Source of the DNA: Pseudomonadota bacterium | Lineage (GTDB): Bacteria; Pseudomonadota; Alphaproteobacteria; Rickettsiales; SXRF01 | DNA length: 64,000 bases | NCBI GenBank assembly: GCA_038043465.1 | Contig: JBBTBX010000009.1 | Coordinates: 34,710-98,709 of the forward strand | Direction: 5' to 3' | Shown here: piece by piece, positions 10,602 to 21,356 of the stretch | Position numbering within the stretch: the stretch's first letter is position 1 | Layout: each line of letters starts with the position of its first letter | Position numbers and translations under genes: made by a program | The notes under the pieces: model-generated | Seen by the model: only the letters and a program-made list of their open reading frames with translations | What the model was told of the DNA's origin: nothing | The model's database searches: none

Positions 10602-12677
10602 TTAAGCTACTTTCTTTTTAATTTCTTCTGCAACAGCCGATGGAACCTGATCATAATGATCAAATTGCATTGAATATTGCGCACGACCTTGCGACATCGA
10701 ACGTAAGGTATTTACATAACCAAACATTGAAGCCAGCGGAACCATCGCATCAACAACACGAGCGTTACCGCGAGAATCCATGCCTGTTACCTGACCGCGA
10801 CGTGATGACAAATCACCAATCACATCACCCATGTAATCTTCCGGCGTTACAACTTCCACTTTCATTATTGGCTCAAGCAAAACCGGCGAAGCTTTCGGCA
10901 TACCTTCACGGAACGAAGCACGGGCAGCAATTTCGAACGCCAGCGCGGAAGAATCTACATCATGATATGCGCCGTCAACCAGAGTTGCTTTGAAATCGAT
11001 AGTTGGGAAGCCAGCTACCACACCATTACTGATAGAAGCATCGAGACCTTTTTCAACACCTGGGATATATTCTTTTGGAACAGATCCGCCGGTGATTTTT
11101 GCTTCGAATACGAAACCAGAACCTGGTGGCAGCGGCTCGAAATCAATGATAACGCGCGCAAACTGACCAGAACCACCCGATTGTTTTTTATGAGTGTAAT
11201 CAACCTGAAATTTCTTGGTGATAGTTTCGCGATAAGCAACCTGCGGCGCGCCAACGTTAGCTTCTACCTTGAATTCGCGTTTCATGCGATCAACGATAAT
11301 TTCCAAATGTAATTCGCCCATACCTTTAAGAATGGTTTGACCGGTTTCTTCATTAGTAGAAATACGCAAACTAGGATCTTCCGAAGCAAGACGTGATAAA
11401 GCCATACCCATCTTCTCTTGATCCGCCTTAGTTTTAGGCTCAACGGCAACTTCAATAACTGGTTCTGGGAATTCCATACGCTCAAGAATTACCTGAGCAT
11501 CAACATCACATAAAGTATCGCCGGTAGTGGTATTTTTAAGACCAGCAAGCGCAACAATGTCACCGGCATAAACTTCTTTTACATCTTCACGCGAATTTGC
11601 ATGCATAAGCAACATGCGGCCTACGCGTTCACGATTATCTTTCACTGTGTTCTGCACATAAGAACCGGCTTCCAATTTACCGGAATACACGCGAACGAAA
11701 GTAAGAGAACCAACGAATGGATCAGTCATAATCTTGAAAGCAAGACCAGAAAACTTCTCATCATCCCTAGCAAAACGCTTAATTTCAGCATCAGTTTTAA
11801 CATCAATCGCAGTAACCGAGCCAATATCAACCGGGCTAGGAAGGAAATCCACCACCGCATCTAACATTGGCTGAACACCTTTGTTCTTAAAGGCTGCTCC
11901 ATTTAATACCGGTACAAATTTGAAAGCGACAGTGCCTTTGCGGATGCAAGATTTTAATTCATCAATAGTTGGTTCTTCACCACCAAGATATTTTTCCATA
12001 ACCGCATCATCCATTTCAACTGCGGTTTCCAACATCTTCGTGCGGGCAGCTTTTGCTGCATCCTGAAGTTCAGAGCGGATAGGAAGCTCATCAAATTTAG
12101 CACCAAGCTCATCGCCTTTCCAGACGATTTCTTTCATTTTAATCAGATCTACAATGCCCTCATATTTGTCTTCGCTACCTATTGGAAGCTGAACAACCAA
12201 AGGAACAGTTCCTAGGCGATCGATCATCATATCCACGCAGCGCTGGAAATTAGCACCGATACGATCCATTTTATTCACAAAACAAATACGCGGCACACTA
12301 TATTTATCAGCCTGACGCCATACGGTTTCTGATTGTGGCTCAACACCAGCAACCGAGTCAAACACGGTCACAGCACCATCGAGAACACGCATTGAACGCT
12401 CTACTTCAATGGTAAAATCCACGTGACCAGGTGTATCAATGATGTTAATGCGGTGATCATTCCAATAGCAGGTGGTAGCCGCTGAAGTAATAGTAATACC
12501 GCGCTCCTGTTCCTGCTCCATCCAATCCATGGTCGCAGCACCTTCGTGCACTTCGCCGATTTTATGGGATTTGCCGGTATAATATAAAATACGTTCAGTC
12601 GTAGTGGTCTTACCTGCGTCAATATGCGCGCAGATGCCGATGTTACGATAGTCACTGAGTGGCGTTTTACGAGTCAT
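10602..12677 (-). CDS. fusA: Elongation factor G
   Basis: [23 protein letters not shown] and NKMD motifs. 691 aa. str-operon position. Confidence 0.99.
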   Translation of the reverse strand: MTRKTPLSDYRNIGICAHIDAGKTTTTERILYYTGKSHKIGEVHEGAATMDWMEQEQERGITITSAATTCYWNDHRINIIDTPGHVDFTIEVERSMRVLDGAVTVFDSVAGVEPQSETVWRQADKYSVPRICFVNKMDRIGANFQRCVDMMIDRLGTVPLVVQLPIGSEDKYEGIVDLIKMKEIVWKGDELGAKFDELPIRSELQDAAKAARTKMLETAVEMDDAVMEKYLGGEEPTIDELKSCIRKGTVAFKFVPVLNGAAFKNKGVQPMLDAVVDFLPSPVDIGSVTAIDVKTDAEIKRFARDDEKFSGLAFKIMTDPFVGSLTFVRVYSGKLEAGSYVQNTVKDNRERVGRMLLMHANSREDVKEVYAGDIVALAGLKNTTTGDTLCDVDAQVILERMEFPEPVIEVAVEPKTKADQEKMGMALSRLASEDPSLRISTNEETGQTILKGMGELHLEIIVDRMKREFKVEANVGAPQVAYRETITKKFQVDYTHKKQSGGSGQFARVIIDFEPLPPGSGFVFEAKITGGSVPKEYIPGVEKGLDASISNGVVAGFPTIDFKATLVDGAYHDVDSSALAFEIAARASFREGMPKASPVLLEPIMKVEVVTPEDYMGDVIGDLSSRRGQVTGMDSRGNARVVDAMVPLASMFGYVNTLRSMSQGRAQYSMQFDHYDQVPSAVAEEIKKKVA

Positions 12678-12687
12678 AGTTTAAAAT

Positions 12688-12826
12688 GAATTGAGGAATT
12701 GAGGAATTGAAGAATTGAGGAAATATAAATTTCACCCTACCTTCATAACCACCCTACCTTTGCATCATCTCCCTTTCTTTTTTATCTTTATTCTTCAATT
12801 CTTAGGTTCACCAGTTCTTCAATTCC
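12688..12826. repeat. Tandem-octamer-armed element. Left arm (GAATTGAG x4) at 12688-12722 and a complementary degenerate right arm at 12791-12826. The centre has CACCCTACCTT x2.
   Basis: Read directly. It fills the rpsG-fusA spacer. Confidence 0.85.
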
Positions 12827-12833
12827 GCTAATC

Positions 12834-13304
12834 CTACCATCTGAAATGCGAGAATGCTTTGTTAGCATCCGCCATTTTGTGAGTATTTTCGCGCTTGGTA
12901 ACCGCACCGCCACGACCATTTGCCGCATCCATAAGCTCAGCTGCAATACGGTCACGCATAGTTTTTTCCTTACGAGCACGAGCAGCAGCAATCAACCAAC
13001 GCAAAGCCAGAGCCAGACGGCGTTCTTCACGAACTTCAGTTGGAACTTGGTAAGTAGCACCACCAACACGGCGCGAGCGAACTTCTACAGAAGGCTTTAT
13101 ATTAGAAAGCGCATCATGGAAAAATTTCAGCGGGTCAGCACTGGTTTTCTTATGTATAATGTCAAGAGCTTCATAAGCAATCGTTTCAGCGGCAGATTTT
13201 TTGCCATCATACATCATTGTGTTTATCAATTTCGTAAGGACAACATCACCAAACTTAGCATCTGGTAATATCTCTCTTTTTTTTGCGGCATGGCGACGTG
13301 ACAT
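12834..13304 (-). CDS. rpsG: 30S ribosomal protein S7
   Basis: [15 protein letters not shown] start and C-terminal HFRW. Confidence 0.98.
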   Translation of the reverse strand: MSRRHAAKKREILPDAKFGDVVLTKLINTMMYDGKKSAAETIAYEALDIIHKKTSADPLKFFHDALSNIKPSVEVRSRRVGGATYQVPTEVREERRLALALRWLIAAARARKEKTMRDRIAAELMDAANGRGGAVTKRENTHKMADANKAFSHFRW

Positions 13305-13322
13305 AAATTCTACCTATATTTC

Positions 13323-13694
13323 TTATTTCGGACGTTTCGCGCCGTAAGCCGAACGCGATTGTTTACGGTTTTTCACACCTTGTGTATCAAGAGTACCACG
13401 GATAATGTGGTAGCGAACACCTGGCAAATCCTTTACACGACCACCACGGATCAACACAACACTATGCTCCTGAAGGTTATGACCTTCACCCGGGATGTAT
13501 CCAAACACTTCAAAGCCATTGGTCAAACGAATACGTGCTACCTTACGCAAAGCCGAATTCGGCTTCTTCGGGGTCACAGTCTTCACCTGAGTACATACAC
13601 CGCGCTTCTGCGGGCAGGCTTTCAAAGCTGGAACCTTATTACGTTTAGCCACAGAGCGACGAGGACTGCGGACCAACTGATTAATTGTTGGCAT
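13323..13694 (-). CDS. rpsL: 30S ribosomal protein S12
   Basis: MPTINQLVR and [10 protein letters not shown] motifs. Confidence 0.99.
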   Translation of the reverse strand: MPTINQLVRSPRRSVAKRNKVPALKACPQKRGVCTQVKTVTPKKPNSALRKVARIRLTNGFEVFGYIPGEGHNLQEHSVVLIRGGRVKDLPGVRYHIIRGTLDTQGVKNRKQSRSAYGAKRPK

Positions 13695-14142
13695 TCTATA
13701 CCCTTATATCTACAAAAGTTTATCTCAAATCTATAATAACAACTGAGCGATACACTAAAATCAATCTAACATCTTGAACAATCTAGATTTCTAGTCATTC
13801 CCAAGCCGAACAGATTCCATAAATCACTCAACTCCGACCAAAAAACACAGGGACTTATACAGGTAATTTTTGCATATATCAATATATATCAACTACTTGC
13901 ACAGTATCAGCCTTGTTTGGCGGAGGCACGCAACCTAATTATCTATTAAGCATCCGTCAAGCTAAAATTGTACAAAAACGAAAAAAAATGACGAATTGCA
14001 TTTTTATGGTTGGCATTGCGAGAAAAATAACTTACTAATCCCCCCGATGATGGTTTGAGAGTTGTGTTAAACTAAGTTAAGAGCCACAATGAACGAATAT
14101 GCATATTCATACCCGGTAAAGATAGTTTGTCGCTCGGCTGCA

Positions 14143-15570
14143 ATGTCCAGAATCCGTAAGCTGCGCCTTTCCTGGTTCGCTGCGGGAGTTGCTTTCAGTA
14201 TAGGTTGCACATCTGCCCTCACCCCAATTTTTGACAGCAGGAATCTGGTAGCTTCTATAGAAGAATCAGAGATGGTTGCCAGTGCTTCATTAGAAGAGAT
14301 TGTTGGAGCCGCACCTGCTGATATTACCCCGCAAATAGTTTTGGAATCGGAAACTTCGACAGAAGAATATGCAAAAACTGATACGGGAAGCAACGAAAAG
14401 GCATCCGCAGAAGACAATATCAGCTACCCTAGATCACTGGAACTTAAGGTCAGCAAGGGCGACACTCTGGTCAGCCTTCTTTCTGATGCCGGTGTCTCAA
14501 AAGAGGAAGCAAAGAATACTTTCGATGCCGTACGCACCATCTTTAACCCAAGGAAACTGGATGTTGGCAGCACTATTAAGGTGAAAATTGATAAAAGCAG
14601 CAGTGGCGAAGTTATCGTTCGTGAATTCAAGCTACCTATGTCAGTTCTTTCTACCATAGAGCTTACCAGAACCAAAGATGACCAGTTTAACATCAAGAAA
14701 ATCAATGTTCCCCTGACAAAGAAGCTTGCGCGTGCCGGCGGGTCAATTGATAGTAGTATCTATAAAACAGGGGCAGATATTGGGATTCCGGCTTCTATGC
14801 TGAATGATATTGTTAATGCCTATAGCTATGATATCGACTTCCAGCGCGACGTAAAAAAAGGTGACGCGATAGACGTTTTATTTGAACGCATGGAAACTAA
14901 AGACGGCAAGGTTGTTGGCAATGGAAATCTGGTATTTTCCCAGCTAACCCTTGGTAATCGTGAAGTAAAAATTTATCGCTATACAGACAAAAATGGCAAT
15001 GCTGATTTTTATAACGAAAAAGGCGAAAGTATACGTAAGGCTCTGCTCCGCACGCCAATAAACGGGGCGAGAATGACCTCTGCCTTCGGAATGCGTGAAC
15101 ATCCCATTTCAGGCTATACCAAAATGCACAGAGGTGTAGATTTCGGCGCGCCGACGGGCACACCTGTCTATGCTGCCGGTGATGGTGTTGTAGATTCAGC
15201 ATCAGTAAAAAGTGGTTATGGTAAATACCTGAAAATAAATCATAACAAAAAATATTCTTCGGCTTATGCCCATTTAAGCAGGTTTGCCAGCGGTGTTTCA
15301 CCAGGTAAAAAAGTAAAGCAGGGGCAGATTGTTGCTTATGTGGGAAGCACTGGTGCAAGTACTGGTCCACATCTGCATTATGAAATTATGGTGAATAACG
15401 AACAGGTGAACCCAGCTAACGTTAAATTCAAAACCGGAAATATGTTGCAAGGCAAGGAGCTTGCTGGTTTCCGCAGCAACATGAATAAGATAGAAGCTAA
15501 GCTTGCATCAGTTGAACGTGGCAGAACTGTTGCGATGCTTGAGGAAGCAAATAAGAAAAGTGCTGAGTAG
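14143..15570 (+). CDS. M23-family peptidoglycan metalloendopeptidase
   Basis: C-terminal HRGVDFGAPTGTPVYA...GSTGASTGPHLHYE (M23 HxxxD/HxH). I prefer the start at 14143 (MSRIRKLRLSWFAAGVAF signal-like). The ORF is open from ATG 14089. Confidence 0.88.
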   Translation: MSRIRKLRLSWFAAGVAFSIGCTSALTPIFDSRNLVASIEESEMVASASLEEIVGAAPADITPQIVLESETSTEEYAKTDTGSNEKASAEDNISYPRSLELKVSKGDTLVSLLSDAGVSKEEAKNTFDAVRTIFNPRKLDVGSTIKVKIDKSSSGEVIVREFKLPMSVLSTIELTRTKDDQFNIKKINVPLTKKLARAGGSIDSSIYKTGADIGIPASMLNDIVNAYSYDIDFQRDVKKGDAIDVLFERMETKDGKVVGNGNLVFSQLTLGNREVKIYRYTDKNGNADFYNEKGESIRKALLRTPINGARMTSAFGMREHPISGYTKMHRGVDFGAPTGTPVYAAGDGVVDSASVKSGYGKYLKINHNKKYSSAYAHLSRFASGVSPGKKVKQGQIVAYVGSTGASTGPHLHYEIMVNNEQVNPANVKFKTGNMLQGKELAGFRSNMNKIEAKLASVERGRTVAMLEEANKKSAE

Positions 15571-15633
15571 TTCAGCCTACTTCTTTGTCAGCGTCACCGT
15601 GGCACAGCTGTAAGCCAAGTTAAAAGCGACAAT

Positions 15634-16365
15634 ATGCAAAATTACAATCTCAGCACAAGAAAAAAAGATGGTTTCACTCTGCTTGAATTATCAATAGCTA
15701 TAGTCATAATAGGTTTGGTTATTGGTGGCGTAATGGTTGGTAAATCATTAGTAAATGCGTCAGAAATACGCAGAAAGATCAACGACCTTAATATAATAAC
15801 GGCAGCTGTAAACACCTTTAAAACAAAATACAACTGCATTCCCGGTGATTGTAACAACACGACAAGTTTTTTAAGCAATATCAGCGGCAATGGCGATGGT
15901 GATGGGTGGATTGAGTGGTCATCAGAATCTATTTACGCAACACAATCACTATACTACGCTCAGCTTACACCTAAAAATACAACATCGGTTGGCAGCCCAT
16001 ATATTAATGCAAATAATGATGGTTTTGGCTATCTTTATTATCAGGACTTATATACCACTTACAGGCGCATGGGTGTTACCATTTCATGGTTTGGCAGTGG
16101 AGGTTTTACAAATAGTAACACTTGCGGTCAGATTAATACGCCTGCACTTACTCCAAATGACGCTATGGCAATTGATACTAAAATAGATGACGCGGTGCCA
16201 AATTCAGGGGGGTTCATTTCTCTTGATGGAAAAATAAAACAAAATCCAGACTGCCCAGCGCAAGCTACCGCACCAGCAAATTGCCGCAATGCAAGTAGCC
16301 CAAACCTATATCTAAACTCAGATGTTATAGGCTGTCGCACGGTTTATTATTTACCGGGGAACTGA
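15634..16365 (+). CDS. Prepilin-type N-terminal cleavage/methylation domain protein (pilin/pseudopilin-like)
   Basis: Leader ...KKDG|FTLLELSIAIVIIGLVIGG. It is a paralogue of 61015-61794: both share NTFxxKYNCxxGDC, GDGDG and IDxKIDD. Confidence 0.85.
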   Translation: MQNYNLSTRKKDGFTLLELSIAIVIIGLVIGGVMVGKSLVNASEIRRKINDLNIITAAVNTFKTKYNCIPGDCNNTTSFLSNISGNGDGDGWIEWSSESIYATQSLYYAQLTPKNTTSVGSPYINANNDGFGYLYYQDLYTTYRRMGVTISWFGSGGFTNSNTCGQINTPALTPNDAMAIDTKIDDAVPNSGGFISLDGKIKQNPDCPAQATAPANCRNASSPNLYLNSDVIGCRTVYYLPGN

Positions 16366-16390
16366 ACTACATTGTCAGCTCGAACTTGAG

Positions 16391-18958
16391 TTACACCTTC
16401 AGCCCACCTTCCCAGCCTGTGACATGCACATCCTGCCCGTCTGATATACGTCCGGCAAGCAGCGCGTTTGCCAGCTTATCCTGCAGTTCTTTTTGAATAA
16501 CACGTTTCAAAGGGCGCGCGCCATACATTGGGTCATAGCCAGTTTCCGCCAGAAAATCTTTTGCCTTTTTGTCCAAAGTAATGGTTATATGTTTTTCCTC
16601 TAATCGTTTCGCTAGGCGTGCAATCTGTATATCCACAATCGCCGACATATCTTCTTTTTGCAAACGTCCGAATAAAATAATTTCATCCAAGCGATTGATA
16701 AATTCAGGACGAAAAGAGCTACGTACCATGTTCATCACCATCTCACGGGTTTTAACTGAGATTTCTTTTTCCTTCGAGTCAGCAAGAAATTCCGAACCCA
16801 AATTTGAAGTCAGGATAATCATGGTATTGCGGAAATCCACCGTGCGCCCTTGCCCATCTGTCAAACGCCCGTCATCCAACACCTGCAGCAGGATATTGAA
16901 CACATCAGGATGTGCTTTTTCTACTTCGTCAAACAATATAACTTGATATGGACGACGGCGCACAGCCTCGGTTATAACCCCACCTTCTTCATAACCGACA
17001 TATCCCGGAGGCGCGCCAATCAAACGCGCCACAGCATGTTTTTCCATGAACTCTGACATATCAATACGCAGTAACGCCGATTCATCATCAAAAATAAACT
17101 CGGCAAGGGCTTTGGTAAGCTCGGTTTTCCCCACCCCAGTAGGCCCAAGAAAGAGGAACGAGCCAAGCGGACGCGAAGGATCTTGCAAACCAGCACGCGC
17201 ACGGCGCACAGCATTGGCAACAGCAATCAATGCCTCTTCCTGACCAACTACCCGCCCGCGCAGATTATCCTCCATTTTTAGGAGTTTTGCCCGCTCGCCT
17301 TCCAGCATTTTTTCCACTGGAACACCAGTCCAGCGCGAAACAATGGCGGCAATATCACTTTCAGTTACCGCCTCTTTAACCATGCCATCCTGCGCTTCAC
17401 TTTCAGCTTTTTTAAGCTGTTCGCTGAGCTTTGGAATTACGCCATAAACAATCTCACCAGCTTTTGCCAAATCGCCATTACGCTGGGCAATGTCGCGCTC
17501 ATGCTGGGCTTGCTCAATTTGTTCCTTAAGTTTCTGCACGCTCACGCGCTGGCTTTTTTCTGCTTGCCAGCTTGAAGATAAATCCGCACTTTGTTTTTCT
17601 AGCTCTTCCAGCTCTTTATTTAGCTTTATCAACCGTTCTTTAGAGGCATTATCGGTTTCTTTTTTGAGAGCCTCGCGCTCGATTTTAAGCTGCATAACGC
17701 GCCTGTCCAGTTCGTCCAGCTCCTCAGGCTTGCTGTCCACTTCCATCCGCAACCTTGCAGCAGCTTCATCCATTAAATCAATGGCTTTATCAGGAAGAAA
17801 ACGATCAGAAATATAACGATCAGAAAATGTCGCCGCAGCCACAATCGCCGCATCACTGATTCTGATTCCATGATGCAGCTCATATTTTTCTTTAAGCCCG
17901 CGGAGTATCGAGATTGTATCCTCCACACTTGGCTGCGCTACAAAAATTGACTGGAACCGCCGCGCCAGAGCCGCGTCTTTTTCAATATATTTGCGATATT
18001 CATCGAGCGTGGTTGCGCCCACACAGTGCAAATCACCACGCGCAAGAGCTGGTTTTAGAAGGTTGGAAGCATCCATCGAGCCTTCAGCCTTTCCAGCCCC
18101 CACCAGCGTATGCAATTCATCAATAAACAGCACCACATCGCCTTCATTGGCGGTGATTTCATTTAATACCGATTTCAACCGTTCTTCAAATTCACCACGG
18201 AATTTTGCACCTGCCACCAGCGCACCTAAATCCAGTGACAGCAAACGTTTATCACGCAGGGTTTCCGGCACATCACCAGCCACCATGCGCTGCGCCAAAC
18301 CTTCGATAATAGCGGTTTTACCAACACCCGGCTCACCGATAAGCACAGGGTTATTCTTGGTACGGCGCGATAAAACCTGCATGGTGCGGCGGATTTCTTC
18401 ATCGCGACCAATAACAGGATCTAATTTCCCGTCCTTGGCAAGCTGGGTAAAATCCTTGGTGTATTTTTTGAGTGCTTCAAAACCATCTTCAGCGTTAGCA
18501 GAGCTTGCCACCCGCCCCTTACGCATGTCATTTATGGCAGAATTAAGTTTTTGCGGAGTAACGCCTGAGTCTTTCAGTATTTTCGCACTGGGCGTTCCAT
18601 CCGCCAGCGACAAAGCCTGCAACATCCGCTCCACGGTTACATATTCATCACCAGCTTTTTTGGAAAGTTCTTCGGCAGAAGAAAAAACTTTGACAATTTC
18701 GGGAGCCGCATATAGCCCACCTGCCCCGCTGCCCTCAACTTTTGGCATGGATTTCAACGCATCTTCGGAAGCTTTGGCAACGCGCCCAGCATCACCGCCA
18801 CAAACCCGAATAAGCTTATCCGCCAGCTTTTCGCGGTCTTCCATCATCGCTGCCAGAATATGCTCTGGAGTGAAGCGTTGATGCGAGTTCTTAAGTCCCA
18901 AAACCTGCGCCGCCTGAATTAAAGCTTGTGATTTATCTGTATATTTTTCAAAATTCAT
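16391..18958 (-). CDS. clpB: ATP-dependent chaperone ClpB
   Basis: Two AAA+ modules ([16 protein letters not shown]) with a long coiled-coil middle domain. Start [10 protein letters not shown] is at 18958. Confidence 0.97.
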   Translation of the reverse strand: MNFEKYTDKSQALIQAAQVLGLKNSHQRFTPEHILAAMMEDREKLADKLIRVCGGDAGRVAKASEDALKSMPKVEGSGAGGLYAAPEIVKVFSSAEELSKKAGDEYVTVERMLQALSLADGTPSAKILKDSGVTPQKLNSAINDMRKGRVASSANAEDGFEALKKYTKDFTQLAKDGKLDPVIGRDEEIRRTMQVLSRRTKNNPVLIGEPGVGKTAIIEGLAQRMVAGDVPETLRDKRLLSLDLGALVAGAKFRGEFEERLKSVLNEITANEGDVVLFIDELHTLVGAGKAEGSMDASNLLKPALARGDLHCVGATTLDEYRKYIEKDAALARRFQSIFVAQPSVEDTISILRGLKEKYELHHGIRISDAAIVAAATFSDRYISDRFLPDKAIDLMDEAAARLRMEVDSKPEELDELDRRVMQLKIEREALKKETDNASKERLIKLNKELEELEKQSADLSSSWQAEKSQRVSVQKLKEQIEQAQHERDIAQRNGDLAKAGEIVYGVIPKLSEQLKKAESEAQDGMVKEAVTESDIAAIVSRWTGVPVEKMLEGERAKLLKMEDNLRGRVVGQEEALIAVANAVRRARAGLQDPSRPLGSFLFLGPTGVGKTELTKALAEFIFDDESALLRIDMSEFMEKHAVARLIGAPPGYVGYEEGGVITEAVRRRPYQVILFDEVEKAHPDVFNILLQVLDDGRLTDGQGRTVDFRNTMIILTSNLGSEFLADSKEKEISVKTREMVMNMVRSSFRPEFINRLDEIILFGRLQKEDMSAIVDIQIARLAKRLEEKHITITLDKKAKDFLAETGYDPMYGARPLKRVIQKELQDKLANALLAGRISDGQDVHVTGWEGGLKV

Positions 18959-19009
18959 ATTTATAATACCTTTCAATGTTATTTATAAAAACATAGTTTA
19001 TATATAGTT

Positions 19010-19813
19010 ATGCATCGCCTTTTTATCAATATCCTGCTAGCTTCAATGTTGATGACTTCTCCCGCTATATCCGCAGAAAACCTTACTCCCATAAGTGAAA
19101 AATTATATTATGAGGCTGACTGGTCAGGGGTAAATTTTGGCAAAATCGGCATTGAAATTGACCAACAGGCAAATAAGGCAGATGTTACCTGCGATATAAG
19201 ATCTTCAGGAATAATGGCATTGTTTGTAAAGCATTCCAGCCACACAACTTTAACCGCCACTGGAAATAATTACGTTTATCCTGACCGGACTTATGAAAGC
19301 AGATATTTCACCCGCAAAAAAGCGCGGCATGTAAAACTTACTTATGAAGATAATAAAATAAGTGAGCAGATTGTTGAACCACCGGATAATCGTGATAAGC
19401 GTCCGGCTGTGCCTGAAGATGATATAAATTCTGCATATGACTTGATGAGTTTTTTGTTACAGATGCGTAGCGAGATTACTCTCGCACAAAAATCCGGAAA
19501 AATGGAATTTAGCATAAATTCCTATGATGGTCGCAGGCTTACACAAGGCGATTTCAAAATACTGGGAAAGAAAACCATTAAAATAGCTGGAAAAAAACAT
19601 GAAACTTTAATGATAAACGCCAGACGCAAGTTACTTGCCGGCTATACTAAAAGCGAAGAGGATGATTATAACCCTAAAGAACCTAGCATGACGATCTACT
19701 TCAGCAATGATGAAAAACTGCTCCCTCTGCGCATGGAAATTCCGTTCTTCATGCAGAATGTTAGTGCAACCCTGATTAAGCGTTGTGAAAAAGCCGGAGA
19801 GTGCTTGCTTTAG
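19010..19813 (+). CDS. Secreted DUF3108-like protein
   Basis: Signal peptide (MHRLFINILLASMLMTSPAISA). The overall pattern YEADWSGVNFGKIGIE resembles DUF3108. The family call is made from memory. Confidence 0.6.
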   Translation: MHRLFINILLASMLMTSPAISAENLTPISEKLYYEADWSGVNFGKIGIEIDQQANKADVTCDIRSSGIMALFVKHSSHTTLTATGNNYVYPDRTYESRYFTRKKARHVKLTYEDNKISEQIVEPPDNRDKRPAVPEDDINSAYDLMSFLLQMRSEITLAQKSGKMEFSINSYDGRRLTQGDFKILGKKTIKIAGKKHETLMINARRKLLAGYTKSEEDDYNPKEPSMTIYFSNDEKLLPLRMEIPFFMQNVSATLIKRCEKAGECLL

Positions 19814-19882
19814 TAAGGCTTAAGGCTTAAGGCTTGAGGCTTAAGCCATAAGCCCTAAGCCCTAAGCCTTGAGCCTTGAGCC
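19814..19882. terminator. Heptamer-repeat hairpin between convergent genes. The left arm (TAAGGCT x4) meets the right arm (AAGCC[CT]T x5) at the apex 19842/19843.
   Basis: Read directly. It abuts the stop at 19811-19813 and overlaps the stop at 19882-19884. There is no loop spacer. Confidence 0.7.
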
Positions 19883-20352
19883 TACTCTTCTTCCCAATTC
19901 GGCGAAACAACCGGCTCACCATCCTTCTTCGGTGGCTCATAATTTGCCGTTAGAAATGCCGGCAGTGAACTTACATTAGTAGAAATTGCGTCATCTTCTT
20001 CAACAACTGCTTCCGGCGCAGCTTCCGCTACTTGCTGTTCTTGTGGTACATGTACACGCTGTGGACGAGAAGCGTTATCTTCGGCAATCATACGGAAACA
20101 ATGGTCAGCGTGCTGAAAATAGTTTTCAGCAAGAACACGATCCCCAGATGCCAGAGCATCACGCGCCTGAGCCAGATATTTCTCACGCATCGCTCCATAA
20201 TTTTTACGCGGACGACCGCCATTACTATGGCTGTGTCCCTGATTGCTACCACCGCCACCATGCGAGAAACGTGGCTTATTACGTTGCTGGTTATTGCTGC
20301 CGCTATAGCTACCGCTACCTTGCGCTGATGATTTTTTTCTTGGGTAATTCAC
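19882..20352 (-). CDS. DUF4167 domain protein
   Basis: Gly/Asn/Gln-rich N-terminus followed by YLAQARDALASGDRVLAENYFQHADHCFRMI, which is typical of alphaproteobacterial DUF4167. Confidence 0.8.
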   Translation of the reverse strand: MNYPRKKSSAQGSGSYSGSNNQQRNKPRFSHGGGGSNQGHSHSNGGRPRKNYGAMREKYLAQARDALASGDRVLAENYFQHADHCFRMIAEDNASRPQRVHVPQEQQVAEAAPEAVVEEDDAISTNVSSLPAFLTANYEPPKKDGEPVVSPNWEEE

Positions 20353-20389
20353 TTTCCACTTATCCTTCTAAAGTTAATGATTATAATTA

Positions 20390-21262
20390 TTAGTTATTCT
20401 GAATAATAATGCATCTGGTAATACCACCTAAATCATTTTTACTCCCTGCAATTTCAAATCCATTTTCAGTTGCTATTTTTGTAAAACCACTTTGCTGCCC
20501 TATGCCAATTTCAAAAGCGGCAAACCCATCTTTCGCTAAAACACGCGCTAGAGAACTCATAATTTTTCGATAACAATTCAAACCATCCTCACCACCATCA
20601 AGTGCCAACAGCGGGTCAAATTCTGTAACTTCCGGCTCCAGAACGGAAATGTCCACGGTCGGGATATAAGGAGGATTGGAAAGTATAATATCAAATTTTC
20701 CTTCCAGCTTGCCACACCAATCCCCAAGCACAAAGTTCGTTTTGTCAGTAAATCCTAACGTCATAGCGTTTTCTTTAGCAACCAAAAGTGCGTCTTCCGA
20801 GCAATCGACTCCAACACCAGTTGCCCCTGGCAACTCCGAAAGGAGCGATAAAAGTAAGCAACCAGTTCCAGTTCCTAAATCCAGAATCCGAAATGAATCG
20901 CCACGATTGCGGATACGCTCCAAAACACACTCTACCAACGTCTCACTATCAGGGCGCGGGTCAAGGGTATTTTCATTTACCGCAAAATTGATCCCCCAGA
21001 ACTCGCGTCTGCCAATAATCTTAGAAACCGGCTGGCGTTTTGTTCTTTTCGCAACCAAAACTGCGAAGCGGTCATATTGCTCTGTAGTTATGGGTAATTC
21101 AAGAGAAAAAAGCAATTGCTCGCGGTTTACCCCTAAAACATATTCCAGCAATATCCTCGCATCCAGAGAGGCAGATTCTATATGTTCCTGCTGCAACTTC
21201 ATCACCGCCCAGCGCAGAGCCTCTTTTGCGAGTGTCTCAACTTTTTTTGCACGCATCATCAT
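20390..21262 (-). CDS. prmC: Release-factor glutamine methyltransferase
   Basis: LDLGTGTGCL SAM motif and the NPPY catalytic motif (ILSNPPYIP). Lies downstream of prfA. Confidence 0.95.
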   Translation of the reverse strand: MMMRAKKVETLAKEALRWAVMKLQQEHIESASLDARILLEYVLGVNREQLLFSLELPITTEQYDRFAVLVAKRTKRQPVSKIIGRREFWGINFAVNENTLDPRPDSETLVECVLERIRNRGDSFRILDLGTGTGCLLLSLLSELPGATGVGVDCSEDALLVAKENAMTLGFTDKTNFVLGDWCGKLEGKFDIILSNPPYIPTVDISVLEPEVTEFDPLLALDGGEDGLNCYRKIMSSLARVLAKDGFAAFEIGIGQQSGFTKIATENGFEIAGSKNDLGGITRCIIIQNN

Positions 21263-21281
21263 TACTCAAACTCCTATTTCA

Positions 21282-21353
21282 GATGATCCGATTACCCGAT
21301 AATCAGATTATCCGTGATATTATAACTACTTTTCACTTAATCATCTGATCATC
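21282..21353. repeat. Second copy of the 8-nt-array element seen at 1762-1856
   Basis: GATGATCC GATTACCC GATAATCA GATTATCC...TAATCATC TGATCATC. It fills the prfA-prmC spacer. Confidence 0.85.
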
Positions 21354-21356
21354 TTT

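Noticed and set aside
13737-14088. 350-nt non-coding gap upstream of rpsL, considered as a possible tRNA/sRNA locus or a degenerate copy of the CGTCATTGCGAG element (AATGACGAA at 13987-13995, GCATTGCGAG at 14013-22).
   Set aside because: There is no cloverleaf-like stem pattern and no T-loop GTTCGAATC-type motif. The repeat-like matches are only 9-10 nt and in the wrong relative order. This is most simply the str-operon promoter region.
17991-18881. 296-aa plus-strand ORF antisense to clpB. Similar long antisense ORFs occur at 8435-9061, 20676-21302, 45343-45957, 59928-60539, 28301-28840 and 31102-31590.
   Set aside because: Each lies fully inside a well-supported conserved gene on the other strand. 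They have low-complexity Ser/Pro/Arg-rich translations, no SD and no motif. These are typical shadow ORFs.
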